DNA of 64,000 nucleotides from IMG/VR virus record IMGVR_UViG_3300037851_000553, positions 1-64,000 of that record. One strand, given 5' to 3'. The stretch is from a virus. Under the pieces are notes generated by a model, which was not told the DNA's origin, did no database searches, and was given only the letters and a program-made list of their open reading frames with translations. Position 1 is the stretch's first letter; every line of letters starts with the position of its first letter. Shown here piece by piece: positions 35,445-45,641 of this stretch. Made by a program: the position numbers and the translations under genes.

Positions 35445-36163
35445 ATTGCAACGGCTGTGTTTTTGCGTTGATGGATAAAAACGAAGAACAAATTGGCTGT
35501 GAATGTTCTCGTATAGAAACGTTTAAAAACAGGGGTGAAGCACATAAACCAGCAGACAAACCATATTATGAATTAACAAAATTTTGCAATATGTATAGAA
35601 CAGAAGAGTGGAAAAGCAAACACACAGATTGCGACCATGCTGCGGTTGCACGCAATGAAATAATGCCGCTGTTTGGAATTGCTGTTTTAGATGATTCACA
35701 GTCTAGTTTTGATATGCTTGAAAATACGGCGATGCAAATTGCAAATATAGACTATCCACTAAAAAAGATAAAAGTTGTTGTTTCAACATTTAATGCTCGC
35801 GGCGTTGGTAAGATTGCGGATTTGATAAACCGCCTACAAAAAAACAATGTTAACTCGTTGGCAACTTTTCATATTTTTAACAACAGTAAATTTAAAGACA
35901 CAGAAGTATTTAAAAAGTTAGTACAAGCAACTTTCTTTGTTAGTATAAAATCTGGTAGTGTTATACCATATGATTTGTTTAAAAAAATAAATCGCTCGAT
36001 GAATGATGATCTAGACAGGGTGTGCATGTGGGAGGGCGATGGTTATGCAATTATAAATAAACATATAGCAGATTCTTTATACTTAAATTTTAATAACTAT
36101 GAAAAAATGGTAGAATATATCAAAAAACTTGCTATAGAACAAAATGTGTACAAAACAGTATGA
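35441..36163 (+). CDS. GT2-like protein with N-terminal Cys4 module
   Basis: MNCNGC...GCEC, then FGIAVLDDSQSSFDMLENTAMQIANIDYPLKKIKVVV (GT-A-like). Confidence 0.4.
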   Translation: MNCNGCVFALMDKNEEQIGCECSRIETFKNRGEAHKPADKPYYELTKFCNMYRTEEWKSKHTDCDHAAVARNEIMPLFGIAVLDDSQSSFDMLENTAMQIANIDYPLKKIKVVVSTFNARGVGKIADLINRLQKNNVNSLATFHIFNNSKFKDTEVFKKLVQATFFVSIKSGSVIPYDLFKKINRSMNDDLDRVCMWEGDGYAIINKHIADSLYLNFNNYEKMVEYIKKLAIEQNVYKTV

Positions 36164-36924
36164 GACAAAATATTCGTTATATTACAAGCCCAAAAAACGT
36201 TGGTTCAGAAGCTAAACGTGATGAAAAAATGACGTTTATTCTTTTGGCCGAAAACTACGGCTATCGTATGAAATCATACGGTCCACTTCCTCTTATAAAC
36301 ATAGGAGACAAAACGCTTATAGAGCATCAAATAAACGCCATATCTTCAACATTTATTGATTTTGAAATTATTCTTTGTTCCGGTTTTGAAACTCACAGAA
36401 TCTATCATTATTTACATTCTAATTTTCCACAAAGTCTACCAATTCGCATTGTAGAGAATCAGGTCTATTATCATAGCAACTGTTGCGAGGGTTTAAGACT
36501 ATGTATGAACAACACAAGAAACAATAGAATTGTTGTGTGCGGTGGAGGCGTTTTACTTACTATTCCGTATTTGAAATCATTGAATATAAAGAAATCGTCG
36601 ATTCTATATCAAGAAAATGATAAAGAATCTACTTTTGATGTTGGCGTAATTGAAAACGGAGACCGGTTAGAAAATTTATCTCTAGCAGTAAAAGACAAGG
36701 TGTGGACAGATCTTTTGTACTTAAATGGCGATGTTATGATAAAATCGTTTTATAACACAATTTCAAAGCCAGAGCTAAAAACCAAGTTCTTGTTTGAGGC
36801 TATAAATCTTTGGCGTGGCAAAAGACAGATTTACCTGTCAGAAAATAAAGATGAAAAAATATTAAAAGTTGATAACATAAAAACATTAAAAAGGATTACA
36901 GACAATGAAAATATTGTTTCATAA
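36160..36924 (+). CDS. sugar-phosphate nucleotidyltransferase-like protein
   Basis: ILLAENYGYRMKSYGPLPLINIGDKTLIEH resembles the LAaGxGxRm..PK.l..i NTP-transferase N-terminus but is degenerate. Confidence 0.45.
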   Translation: MRQNIRYITSPKNVGSEAKRDEKMTFILLAENYGYRMKSYGPLPLINIGDKTLIEHQINAISSTFIDFEIILCSGFETHRIYHYLHSNFPQSLPIRIVENQVYYHSNCCEGLRLCMNNTRNNRIVVCGGGVLLTIPYLKSLNIKKSSILYQENDKESTFDVGVIENGDRLENLSLAVKDKVWTDLLYLNGDVMIKSFYNTISKPELKTKFLFEAINLWRGKRQIYLSENKDEKILKVDNIKTLKRITDNENIVS

Positions 36925-37801
36925 CTATTCAAACGAAACAACAACAGAGCCAGCATATTTGTGTGCCGCCCTACAAAAAAGCGGCGTTGATGCAAAGCTA
37001 TGGTCAGACCCAAGAATGAGTGCTTTTGACGCCTTTGATTTAACTCAGCCAGACGTATTTGTTACAAGCTATCAAACCATTACTCCAGATATCTTAAAAT
37101 ATATAGAGTTAAACAATAAAAAAATTGACCTTGTTTTAAATGTTACGGGAGTTTCTGATGCACAAATGGAAGATATAGAGAGCGTAATAAAAAATCTTAA
37201 AATAAATGTTCCGTTGGTTTTTATTAATAGTTTTAGCTACAAGAGGCGGCCAAAAACATCTTTAAAGTGTGAGCGTCTGTTTCCAGCTTTTGATCTGTTT
37301 AATATTCGTAGAACCGGCGAGAAGGCTCTGTGTGAAGAGGCTGTGCTTGCCACCAAGCCAAGTGAAAAACTAACAGAGGTTCTTTCAAAGAAACGGGTAT
37401 ATCATTTGGTACAAATAACCAATGGTAAAAAGGACGAAGAATTTGACATACGTGCTAACGCACCCTCGATGCAAGACTTGTTTAAGTATTATCGAAAATG
37501 GAGTTTGGTTGGTGACGCAGATTTTTGTTCTTCACAAATCTTCTTTGATCTAAACTTTAATGTTCACAATATTGTTGTTGCAGCAGAAGATGGCGAAAAC
37601 TTTGATAAGTTTTTAGAAGAAATATTTGAAGATAAAGATTCTGGTGAAGATATCGGGGTTCAAATAAAAAACCAATTGAAATTAAGACATACCCCATTTC
37701 ATCGTGCCGCAACACTTATGAAATATTTGAAATTCAAAGATGGAATGTCTCAGGTTGAACACGTAAAAACACAGCTTTCAGATATGTTAAAGGGATTATA
37801 A
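36905..37801 (+). CDS. hypothetical protein
   Basis: 298 aa ORF within the coupled operon. Confidence 0.4.
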   Translation: MKILFHNYSNETTTEPAYLCAALQKSGVDAKLWSDPRMSAFDAFDLTQPDVFVTSYQTITPDILKYIELNNKKIDLVLNVTGVSDAQMEDIESVIKNLKINVPLVFINSFSYKRRPKTSLKCERLFPAFDLFNIRRTGEKALCEEAVLATKPSEKLTEVLSKKRVYHLVQITNGKKDEEFDIRANAPSMQDLFKYYRKWSLVGDADFCSSQIFFDLNFNVHNIVVAAEDGENFDKFLEEIFEDKDSGEDIGVQIKNQLKLRHTPFHRAATLMKYLKFKDGMSQVEHVKTQLSDMLKGL

Positions 37802-38526
37802 TGGCTAGATTGTTAATTCAATTTCCAACATATGGTCGTGGAGAAAAGTTTTTAAATGCTTTAGCAAAATTTGTTAGAAAAGCAAGCAAGGAAAATCTTT
37901 TGTTTTTTAATATAAATTGTGATTTGTCAGATTTGACAATGACAAATGCTTATATTCAAAAACGTATTGAGTACATTTTTTCAAACTGCCCAAACGCAGC
38001 ATACAGTTTAAACTTTGACGCAAGCACAACAAAGATAAGTGCAATCAATAGCCACATTCCTCAGCAAGATGGTTGGGATTGGGATATTGTGATTATTTTA
38101 AGTGATGATATGGTTCCAAGGGTAGATGACTGGGACAAAGAAATCTCAGACGCTATGGAAAAACATTTCCCAGGAAGAGACGGATGTGTTTATTTTGATG
38201 ATGGTAGTCACAGTGCAAAAGATTTGATTACTCTATCTATTGTTGGTCGTGAACTATATAACCGGCTTGGTTATCTCTATCATCCAGATTATAAGAGTTT
38301 GTATTGTGATAATGAATTTACAGAAGTGGTTAAAAATCTAGGTGTTTCAAAATACATAGACAAGAAGATAATTACACACGAACATTGGAGCATAGAAGGG
38401 TCAGAAAATTACAACCAAGTAGATATTGCTGTTCAAAAGACACTACACTATTCTGGACGAGACAAGCAGGTGTATGAACGTAGAAAATCAATTGGTTTTC
38501 CAAAGGAAAGGATAACGAATGACTGA
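37801..38526 (+). CDS. possible GT-A-like glycosyltransferase
   Basis: LIQFPTYGRGEKFLNAL ... IVIILSDDMVP (DxD-like). Confidence 0.35.
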   Translation: MARLLIQFPTYGRGEKFLNALAKFVRKASKENLLFFNINCDLSDLTMTNAYIQKRIEYIFSNCPNAAYSLNFDASTTKISAINSHIPQQDGWDWDIVIILSDDMVPRVDDWDKEISDAMEKHFPGRDGCVYFDDGSHSAKDLITLSIVGRELYNRLGYLYHPDYKSLYCDNEFTEVVKNLGVSKYIDKKIITHEHWSIEGSENYNQVDIAVQKTLHYSGRDKQVYERRKSIGFPKERITND

Positions 38527-39274
38527 TTATAGTGTTGGGATTGTAACATTTGAACATAGATTTGAAAGATTTTTTAAACCACTTATAAATAAAATCAAAG
38601 AACTCAGACCAAATATAGAAATTGTTGTTGCTGTAAACGGCGAATACAAATGTAACTTCAATCAGAAGTACAGAAAAGAAATACTAAATTTTATTTCTGA
38701 ACACGATAATGTATTTCCAAACGTTTATACAGAATTTAGATCTTTAGCAAAGCTATGGAATAATTTATTAATAAATTCTAGTAATCATTTGGTTTTGATG
38801 CTAAACGACGACCTAACGATCACAAGTGAAAATTTTTTTAATACATTAGAATCTATTATTGATTCTGGTGAAAATTTTTTCAAAATCAACGGTAGCTGGA
38901 GTCATACGCTTTTAGACAGAAGAGTAGTAGCACAATTAAACTGGTTCGACGAAAGATTTCTTGGTGTTGGAGAAGAAGATGGCGACATGGAGTGGGAAAT
39001 TGGAAATGCAACCGGTGGTAGGTTTATCAAATCTTTAAACGTTCCAGATATTGTAAACATTGTAGACGCAGAGAATGTTTTGAAGAACATTAGGAAAGCA
39101 AACGTGAAATACACACAATTTAATGTTGACATGGCTCACGGTTATAAATATCGAATTGATCCAAAAGAAGGCAAGAGTTACGGTATAAACCCAAGGCCAT
39201 TAGTTTTGATAAGACCAAAACCTCCGCTTCATACTACAGAGTCTTTCTATTGGGAAAATAAAAATAACTTATGA
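38519..39274 (+). CDS. GT2-like glycosyltransferase
   Basis: YSVGIVTFEHRFERF...IEIVVAVNG, LMLNDDLTI, GVGEEDGDMEWE. Confidence 0.55.
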   Translation: MTDYSVGIVTFEHRFERFFKPLINKIKELRPNIEIVVAVNGEYKCNFNQKYRKEILNFISEHDNVFPNVYTEFRSLAKLWNNLLINSSNHLVLMLNDDLTITSENFFNTLESIIDSGENFFKINGSWSHTLLDRRVVAQLNWFDERFLGVGEEDGDMEWEIGNATGGRFIKSLNVPDIVNIVDAENVLKNIRKANVKYTQFNVDMAHGYKYRIDPKEGKSYGINPRPLVLIRPKPPLHTTESFYWENKNNL

Positions 39275-40476
39275 AAATAAGCAAACTGGACGCAGCTTCA
39301 AATAAACCGTTTTTACCAACCGACAAGAACGGAAGATCAATTAGTATTTATAATCTTGATCAAGCGGAGTTGGTTGGTGATATTTTTTATCCAAACGCCC
39401 TTGTGTATTCGCATATAGAAAATGTTTTATACAACCCAATAAACGAAAGAACAATGTCTTTGGGAGACAACAAGCGAACAGATTTTTTGTGGTCTCCACG
39501 GAACCGTATTGATGTAATTGAAACGCCTGTTTTTTTCTTTCTCTATAATACAGACAATTACTATCATTTTGTATACGACACACTTCCTTATCTTATTAGC
39601 TATTTTGAAGCAAAAAAGACATATCCAGATTTAAAGCTGCTGATAACAAAACCAAACCCAAACGTAGATATTTACCCCTTTGTAGCAGAGTTTTTAGAGC
39701 TAGCTGGTGTTAAAAAAGAAGAACTTTTGTTCGCACAACGCGATATTACATATAATAAAATGTTGGTATCCGATTCTTATACCCATGGACACGACTCCAA
39801 TTTACCACCAAGATCAGAAATATATTCTTTCTTACAAAGTCTAACAAAAAAGGTAGAAGAGGTAGAATCTTATGGTAAAAAGATATATGTGTCTAGAAGA
39901 TCGTGGATACACAACGACACATCAAACATTGGAACAAATTATACGAACAGAAGAAAATTAGAAAATGAAGATAAATTGGTTGCTTTTCTAACATCCTTGG
40001 GATATAATGAACTGTTTACTGAACTTTTATCTACAAAAGAAAAACTTGGCGTATTCAAACAGGCAACTCATGTGGTTGGTGCTATTGGTGGTGGAATGTG
40101 TAACACCCTTTTCTCACCGTCAGAAACTCGCGTTGAGTGTATTGTGTCTCCATATTTTTTAGATATAAATGCTAGATTTAGGTATTGTTTTAATAGCAAC
40201 ACAAGATACTGGACCGATACAAAACATACTGAAAAAGGCAAATTTAAAAAATATATGAGGGTAAAATTTGAAGGAAACAAAGTTGGCGAAATAAACGATA
40301 TAAACGGCGATCAAGCTACGGTCGCTTTTGCTGAATCAACAGTTTCTGGATGGAACTCAAGTGTCGCCTGGAACCTAAAACAAATCAATATCAATGAACT
40401 CGAAAAGATAGACGATGGCTTAAACAGTGAATGGTCTATGAATCTTGAAGTGTTCCAAGAAAATTTAGAAAAATGA
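39271..40476 (+). CDS. GT61/DUF563-like glycosyltransferase
   Basis: NYYHFVYDTLPYL motif. Extra C-terminal ~80 aa beta-rich segment. Confidence 0.6.
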   Translation: MKISKLDAASNKPFLPTDKNGRSISIYNLDQAELVGDIFYPNALVYSHIENVLYNPINERTMSLGDNKRTDFLWSPRNRIDVIETPVFFFLYNTDNYYHFVYDTLPYLISYFEAKKTYPDLKLLITKPNPNVDIYPFVAEFLELAGVKKEELLFAQRDITYNKMLVSDSYTHGHDSNLPPRSEIYSFLQSLTKKVEEVESYGKKIYVSRRSWIHNDTSNIGTNYTNRRKLENEDKLVAFLTSLGYNELFTELLSTKEKLGVFKQATHVVGAIGGGMCNTLFSPSETRVECIVSPYFLDINARFRYCFNSNTRYWTDTKHTEKGKFKKYMRVKFEGNKVGEINDINGDQATVAFAESTVSGWNSSVAWNLKQININELEKIDDGLNSEWSMNLEVFQENLEK

Positions 40477-41090
40477 ATTCTGCAATTGCTATATGCGGAG
40501 ACTCTGGAAGTGGTAAAACAACCATGTCTCTTTTTCTGTGTCAACAACTTAAAAATTGTACAATTCTTGAGTGTGACAGATACCACAAGTGGGAGCGTGG
40601 AGATTATCATTGGAGGTATTTTACACAATTAGATCCATCTGCGAACGAAATTGATTTAATGAAAAGCGATGTTAAGCGTTTAAAAGACGGCTTCTCAATA
40701 CAAAGAAAAGATTACGATCATTCAAAAGGAAAATTTACAGAACCAAAATTGATAGAACCAAATGAATACATCTTGGTTGTTGGGTTACATTCTATCAAAG
40801 CAGACGTAGATCTAAAAATATTCATTGACACACAAAAAGATTTAAAATACTTATGGAAAATAAACAGAGATTTTAAAGAAAGAGGACACTCGATTGAGGC
40901 AATTATAGAAAACATAAAAAATAGGGAAGTAGATTTTCAAAATTATATATTACCACAAAAACATCGTGCTGATATCATTGTGACACACTTTTGGGATAAA
41001 AAACAAAAACAAAGAATTGAAATAGTCAAGGAAAATACACTTTCAAAAAGAATAGCGAGAATATTAAATGAACAAGTACACACAGATTGA
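40473..41090 (+). CDS. PRK/uridine-kinase-family P-loop kinase
   Basis: IAICGDSGSGKTT, ECDRYHKWERGD. Confidence 0.65.
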   Translation: MNSAIAICGDSGSGKTTMSLFLCQQLKNCTILECDRYHKWERGDYHWRYFTQLDPSANEIDLMKSDVKRLKDGFSIQRKDYDHSKGKFTEPKLIEPNEYILVVGLHSIKADVDLKIFIDTQKDLKYLWKINRDFKERGHSIEAIIENIKNREVDFQNYILPQKHRADIIVTHFWDKKQKQRIEIVKENTLSKRIARILNEQVHTD

Positions 41091-41802
41091 TATTTGCAAC
41101 AACAACACAAAAAACCTTCTTAGCGAAGAAATATACGAAGCGTTTAATAAGTTTATTTTTTCAAACGACATTAAGCTGATTGGTAAGCTATTGCACAGGT
41201 TTCATTTTTTCGAACAGACGCGACATTTGCCAGGAGATATTGTAGAGATTGGAGTTTTCAAGGGGTCTGGAGTGGCAACGTTCGTAAAGTTTTTAGAAAT
41301 TTTTATGCCAAACTCAAACAAGAAAGTAATAGGATTTGATATCTTTGATACAAGTGAAGGTTCTTTTATTCTAAAAACAAGAGATACGGAAATTGATAAA
41401 AATAGTATGGAAACTGTCTATAGTAAAGTTGATGCTAACGAACTTTCAATAGAAGCTGTTGAAGCTCGCCTACTTGGTATTTCAAACAACGTTCAAAACA
41501 AAATAAAACTTATCAAGGGGGATGTACAAGAAACATTACCAATATTTCTGGAAGAAAACCCAGGATTTAGGGCTTCTCTGATTTATATTGATGTAGATAT
41601 AGAGCGTCCAACATATCACGCGTTGACTAATCTTTGGGACAGGCTGCTTCCTGGTGGTGTTATTTTGTTTGATGAATATGAATACCACCTATTCAGTGAG
41701 AGCGTTGGTGTCGATAAATTCTTAAAAGAAAAGAACCTTAAATACAATGTGATAACTACAGATTGGTTTGCTCCAACAGCATATATGAGGAAAGAAGCAT
41801 GA
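41068..41802 (+). CDS. TylF/macrocin O-methyltransferase family protein
   Basis: GDIVEIGVFKGSGVATF, VIGFDIFD, IYIDVDIERPTYHAL...PGGVILFDEY. Confidence 0.75.
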   Translation: MNKYTQIDICNNNTKNLLSEEIYEAFNKFIFSNDIKLIGKLLHRFHFFEQTRHLPGDIVEIGVFKGSGVATFVKFLEIFMPNSNKKVIGFDIFDTSEGSFILKTRDTEIDKNSMETVYSKVDANELSIEAVEARLLGISNNVQNKIKLIKGDVQETLPIFLEENPGFRASLIYIDVDIERPTYHALTNLWDRLLPGGVILFDEYEYHLFSESVGVDKFLKEKNLKYNVITTDWFAPTAYMRKEA

Positions 41803-42485
41803 AGAAGCAGATATGGAAAAATATGGAAGCAAAAAGTAAATACTTTGCAGAATTGGCATACATGGCAAAAAGTCTTGAAAAATATGTTGTTGGTGTTGAG
41901 GGTAATCTGTCAGCACGAACAGAAGATGGTTTTTGTATAAAAGCTAGCGGAAAATCATTTCAGGATATTAAAAACCTAGACGGCTTGTCAATATCTTTTT
42001 GTGACACACGCGGTACTTGTGTTGGTGGGTCCAAGCCAAGCATGGAAGTAGAGTTTCATACGCTTCTATACAAGTTGAACCCAAATATTAACTTTATAGC
42101 ACACACACATCCCATAAACTGTCTTAAAATTTTGGTATGTAAAGAAGATACTGATAAATTTGCAAATGAAAGATACTTTCCAGATCAGGTAATATTCAAT
42201 GGTGTAAAATCTTGTGTTGTTCCGTATGCTAAGCCAGGAAAAATGCTAGCACAAGAGATATCTTATGCAACAAAAGAGTCTGGTTTTGTTGTGCCGGAAG
42301 TTTTTTTATTGAGAAACCATGGAATTATTTGTTGCGGAAAGACAGCAAAACAGTGTGTGATAGCAACAGAAATTTGTGAAAAGGCGGCAGCGTGCTTTTC
42401 TAGAACAGCAACCCCGCTGACAAAAAAAGAGATTGAAGAATTAATAAATGACAAAGAAGAACAATTTAGAAAAAATTTGATATGA
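41799..42485 (+). CDS. class II aldolase/adducin-N family protein (aldolase, epimerase or dehydratase)
   Basis: EGNLSAR, PSMEVEFHTLLY, IAHTHP, LRNHGIICCG. ATGA overlap with the upstream gene. Confidence 0.75.
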   Translation: MKKQIWKNMEAKSKYFAELAYMAKSLEKYVVGVEGNLSARTEDGFCIKASGKSFQDIKNLDGLSISFCDTRGTCVGGSKPSMEVEFHTLLYKLNPNINFIAHTHPINCLKILVCKEDTDKFANERYFPDQVIFNGVKSCVVPYAKPGKMLAQEISYATKESGFVVPEVFLLRNHGIICCGKTAKQCVIATEICEKAAACFSRTATPLTKKEIEELINDKEEQFRKNLI

Positions 42486-42790
42486 ACATACGTGTAGATA
42501 TAGATGAAACCATTTGTTTTTATGAAGAAAAAATACCACTAGACGGCAAAAGGGACTACTCAAAAGCAATACCAAGCCACGATAATATAGCCAAAATCAA
42601 TAAATTGTTTGATGATGGTCATTATATTGTTTATTGGACAGCGAGAGGAAGCAGAAGCGGTATTGATTGGAATGATTTTACTAGAAAACAATTAGAATCC
42701 TGGGGATGTAAATTCCACGAATTATTTTGCGATAAACCCTATTACGACTTGTTTATAGAGGATAGAAGTAAAAGGGTAGAAGAAATATGA
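42482..42790 (+). CDS. HAD-superfamily phosphatase-like protein
   Basis: VDIDETI (DxDxT motif I) and YWTARGS (motif II). Confidence 0.55.
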   Translation: MNIRVDIDETICFYEEKIPLDGKRDYSKAIPSHDNIAKINKLFDDGHYIVYWTARGSRSGIDWNDFTRKQLESWGCKFHELFCDKPYYDLFIEDRSKRVEEI

Positions 42791-43641
42791 GAAAAATGGT
42801 TAAAATTCAATTGTTGTATGGTATATCTCTTTATATGGAATATTTTTCCATCTTTAGGGGGCACCCAGAAATTGATTTTGAAGTAGTTTATGATGATAGA
42901 CTGATACGTTCTCTAAGGCGTGAATATGACGATAGATACAGTCAACGCATGAAAGTGCTATTGACTGATATGGCAAACAGTCTTGATAATGTAAGAATAA
43001 CAGACAATAAAGAGGGAACAATATCGTCTCCATTTCTAGTTGATATTCTACCGCACGATTTAGCCAATTATCTGAAAACAAAACCAAATTCTCTTAAACC
43101 CGCTTTTGATCCTATAGAACAGAAGAACAAAGATCCTTATATAGTAATGAACACCAAATGTATAACGGTTCAAGACTTTGGATTAAAAGAAAGATGGACA
43201 GCTTTAAAAGACCCTCTATTTAATTTGTTTAACAAGTACAATACAAAAATTAAAATTGTAGGAGAAAAACAGCCGTCAGATTGTACAGAATACAAAATAC
43301 ATGGCACGTTTTCTATTTATAATGATATAATAAATGGTGGATTATTGAACCTAGAAGATGAAACACTCTCAGACACGGTGGCGTTATACAGTCTAGAATC
43401 TATTTCCAGAAATATCAATATCTTAAGACGATCAATGTTTAATGTTCATATTGGTGAAGGTGGTGGATATGTTCTGTATACACATTGCAACAACCTGCTT
43501 GCTTTCACAAATAAAAAGATCCCAATGTTAGATTTTATAAACAATCCAAATTTTCATTACAAAACTTTTGATCAAGCTGGCTTTTTGCGTTTGATAGAGG
43601 AGAAACTTATTGATGTTAAAAATAATATCACACAGGGGTAA
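42787..43641 (+). CDS. hypothetical protein
   Basis: 284 aa, coupled start, no recognised motif. Confidence 0.4.
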   Translation: MRKMVKIQLLYGISLYMEYFSIFRGHPEIDFEVVYDDRLIRSLRREYDDRYSQRMKVLLTDMANSLDNVRITDNKEGTISSPFLVDILPHDLANYLKTKPNSLKPAFDPIEQKNKDPYIVMNTKCITVQDFGLKERWTALKDPLFNLFNKYNTKIKIVGEKQPSDCTEYKIHGTFSIYNDIINGGLLNLEDETLSDTVALYSLESISRNINILRRSMFNVHIGEGGGYVLYTHCNNLLAFTNKKIPMLDFINNPNFHYKTFDQAGFLRLIEEKLIDVKNNITQG

Positions 43642-44107
43642 TCTCAACGGACCAATACCCGAAAAGGAAAACTCAATAGATTACATTGACAAAGCAATAA
43701 GAACGGGATATGATGTTGAAGTTGACGTTCGAACAAAAGACGGGTCTCTGCATCTTGGACACGATTTTGCACAAAATAAAATCTCATACAACGAACTTGC
43801 TTACAGAGAGGGTAGTTTGTGGGTACACTGTAAAGATATAGACTCTTTTTTTGTTTGTAGAAACTTAAGATCTTTTTGCCACACAGCAGACCCGTTTTGC
43901 TTGATACACAATTACTCACCGATAAATAATTACCTACCTTTGGTTTGGGTTCATGATCTTAGTTTAAATTTAAATCATATAAGTGTAATACCACTTTTAT
44001 CAATACAAGATATCGACAATTTTGATTTAGGACAAGCAAAAAATATATATGGAATATGTACAGATTACCCAAACTATTTAAGTGAGAAACTGTATGGACA
44101 AAAATAA
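43613..44107 (+). CDS. glycerophosphodiester phosphodiesterase (GDPD)-like protein
   Basis: ISHRGN...ENSIDYIDKAIRTGYDVEVDVRTKDGSLHLGHD. Confidence 0.6.
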   Translation: MLKIISHRGNLNGPIPEKENSIDYIDKAIRTGYDVEVDVRTKDGSLHLGHDFAQNKISYNELAYREGSLWVHCKDIDSFFVCRNLRSFCHTADPFCLIHNYSPINNYLPLVWVHDLSLNLNHISVIPLLSIQDIDNFDLGQAKNIYGICTDYPNYLSEKLYGQK

Positions 44108-45641
44108 CATTCAGTTGATCGTTCCAATGTCTGGAACGGGAAAAAGATTTGTAGACGCTGGATACAAAGAGCCAAAACCACTAATAGAAGTAGACGGAAA
44201 ACCAATTATAGCCCATGTTCTAGATATATTTCCTGGCGTAAACGATGTTACTTTTATCTGTAATGAAGATCACGTTCAAAATACCAACATTGTAGAGATT
44301 TTAAACAAACATTGTCCTGATGGTAAAATTATAACAATCCAGGGTCACAAGAAGGGGCCTGTTTATTCTGTATTGCAGATTTTTGACAAAATTGATGATC
44401 AAAAACCAGTAATTGTTAGCTATTGTGACTATGGCACAGTTTGGAATTTCTATAAGTTTTTAGAATCTGTTGACGGGTTTGACGGTGGAATTCCATGTTA
44501 TACCGGGTTTCATCCTCATATGCTTGGTTCTGATAACTATGCTTTTTGTAAAGAAAACAATTTGGTTTTACAAGACATAAAAGAAAAAGAACCGTTTACA
44601 AAAAACAAAATGAAAGAATATGCTTCAAATGGTACATATTTTTTTGCTTCTGGAAAGATTCTTAAAAAATATTTTCAAAAAACCGTTGATGAAAACCTGA
44701 ATCTTAATGGTGAATTTTATGTAAGCCTTGTGTACAAGAAGCTGCTTGAGGATGGATTAAAAACAAAAATCTTCGAAATTGAAAAAATGCTACAGTGGGG
44801 CACTCCTTACGATCTAGAAATTTACAAAAAGTGGTCTAGCTGTTTTTCAGATTTGAAATTAAAGAAAGAAAAAGCACCAGAACAAAATTTTACATTGATC
44901 CTTCCTGTGGCAGGAAAGGGTGAAAGATTTTCTGTAGAAGGATATAAAAAACCTAAACCGATGGTTGTTGTAGATTCATATCCAATGGTCATTGCTGCTG
45001 TAAAAAGTTTACCAAATTTTAAAGAATCTTATTTTATTTGTTTGGAAAATCACGTTTTAGAGCATAATATAGATAGGGAAATACAGAACTATTATCCGAA
45101 CTCTAAAATAATTTCATTGTCAAAAGTTACCGAGGGTCAGGCTTGCACCTGCGAATTGGCTATAAAAAAAATAAATCCTCAAGATTCTATTCTAATCTCA
45201 GCCTGTGACAACGGGGCTTGCTACGACGAATCTGAGTTTTTAAAAATGATAAGTTCAGATGTTGATGTTGTTGTCTGGACGTTCAGAAACAATCAAACCA
45301 GCAAAATAAAGCCAAATATGTATTCGTGGGTCGAAGTAGACGAAAATAACAATGTTCTAAGCGTATCGTCTAAAAAATTTACTGGTGGTGACCCGCTAAA
45401 AAAACATGCAATTATAGGCACCTTTTATTATAAAAGAGCACAAGATTTTGTTAACGGTTTGAACGAAAATTATAGAAGAAATATTCGTACAAACGGAGAG
45501 TTTTTTGTTGACGATATTATAAACCGAAACGTAGAGTCTGGATTAAAAGTAAAGGTTTTTGAAGTAAATCATTATATTTGTTGGGGAACGCCAGACGACT
45601 ACAGAACATATAATTATTGGAGAGAACACTTTGTCAAATAA
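44094..45641 (+). CDS. tandem double nucleotidyltransferase-domain protein
   Basis: Two repeats of the same N-terminal signature: IVPMSGTGKRFVDAGYKEPKPLIEVDGKPII and ILPVAGKGERFSVEGYKKPKPMVVVDSYPMV. Confidence 0.7.
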   Translation: MDKNNIQLIVPMSGTGKRFVDAGYKEPKPLIEVDGKPIIAHVLDIFPGVNDVTFICNEDHVQNTNIVEILNKHCPDGKIITIQGHKKGPVYSVLQIFDKIDDQKPVIVSYCDYGTVWNFYKFLESVDGFDGGIPCYTGFHPHMLGSDNYAFCKENNLVLQDIKEKEPFTKNKMKEYASNGTYFFASGKILKKYFQKTVDENLNLNGEFYVSLVYKKLLEDGLKTKIFEIEKMLQWGTPYDLEIYKKWSSCFSDLKLKKEKAPEQNFTLILPVAGKGERFSVEGYKKPKPMVVVDSYPMVIAAVKSLPNFKESYFICLENHVLEHNIDREIQNYYPNSKIISLSKVTEGQACTCELAIKKINPQDSILISACDNGACYDESEFLKMISSDVDVVVWTFRNNQTSKIKPNMYSWVEVDENNNVLSVSSKKFTGGDPLKKHAIIGTFYYKRAQDFVNGLNENYRRNIRTNGEFFVDDIINRNVESGLKVKVFEVNHYICWGTPDDYRTYNYWREHFVK

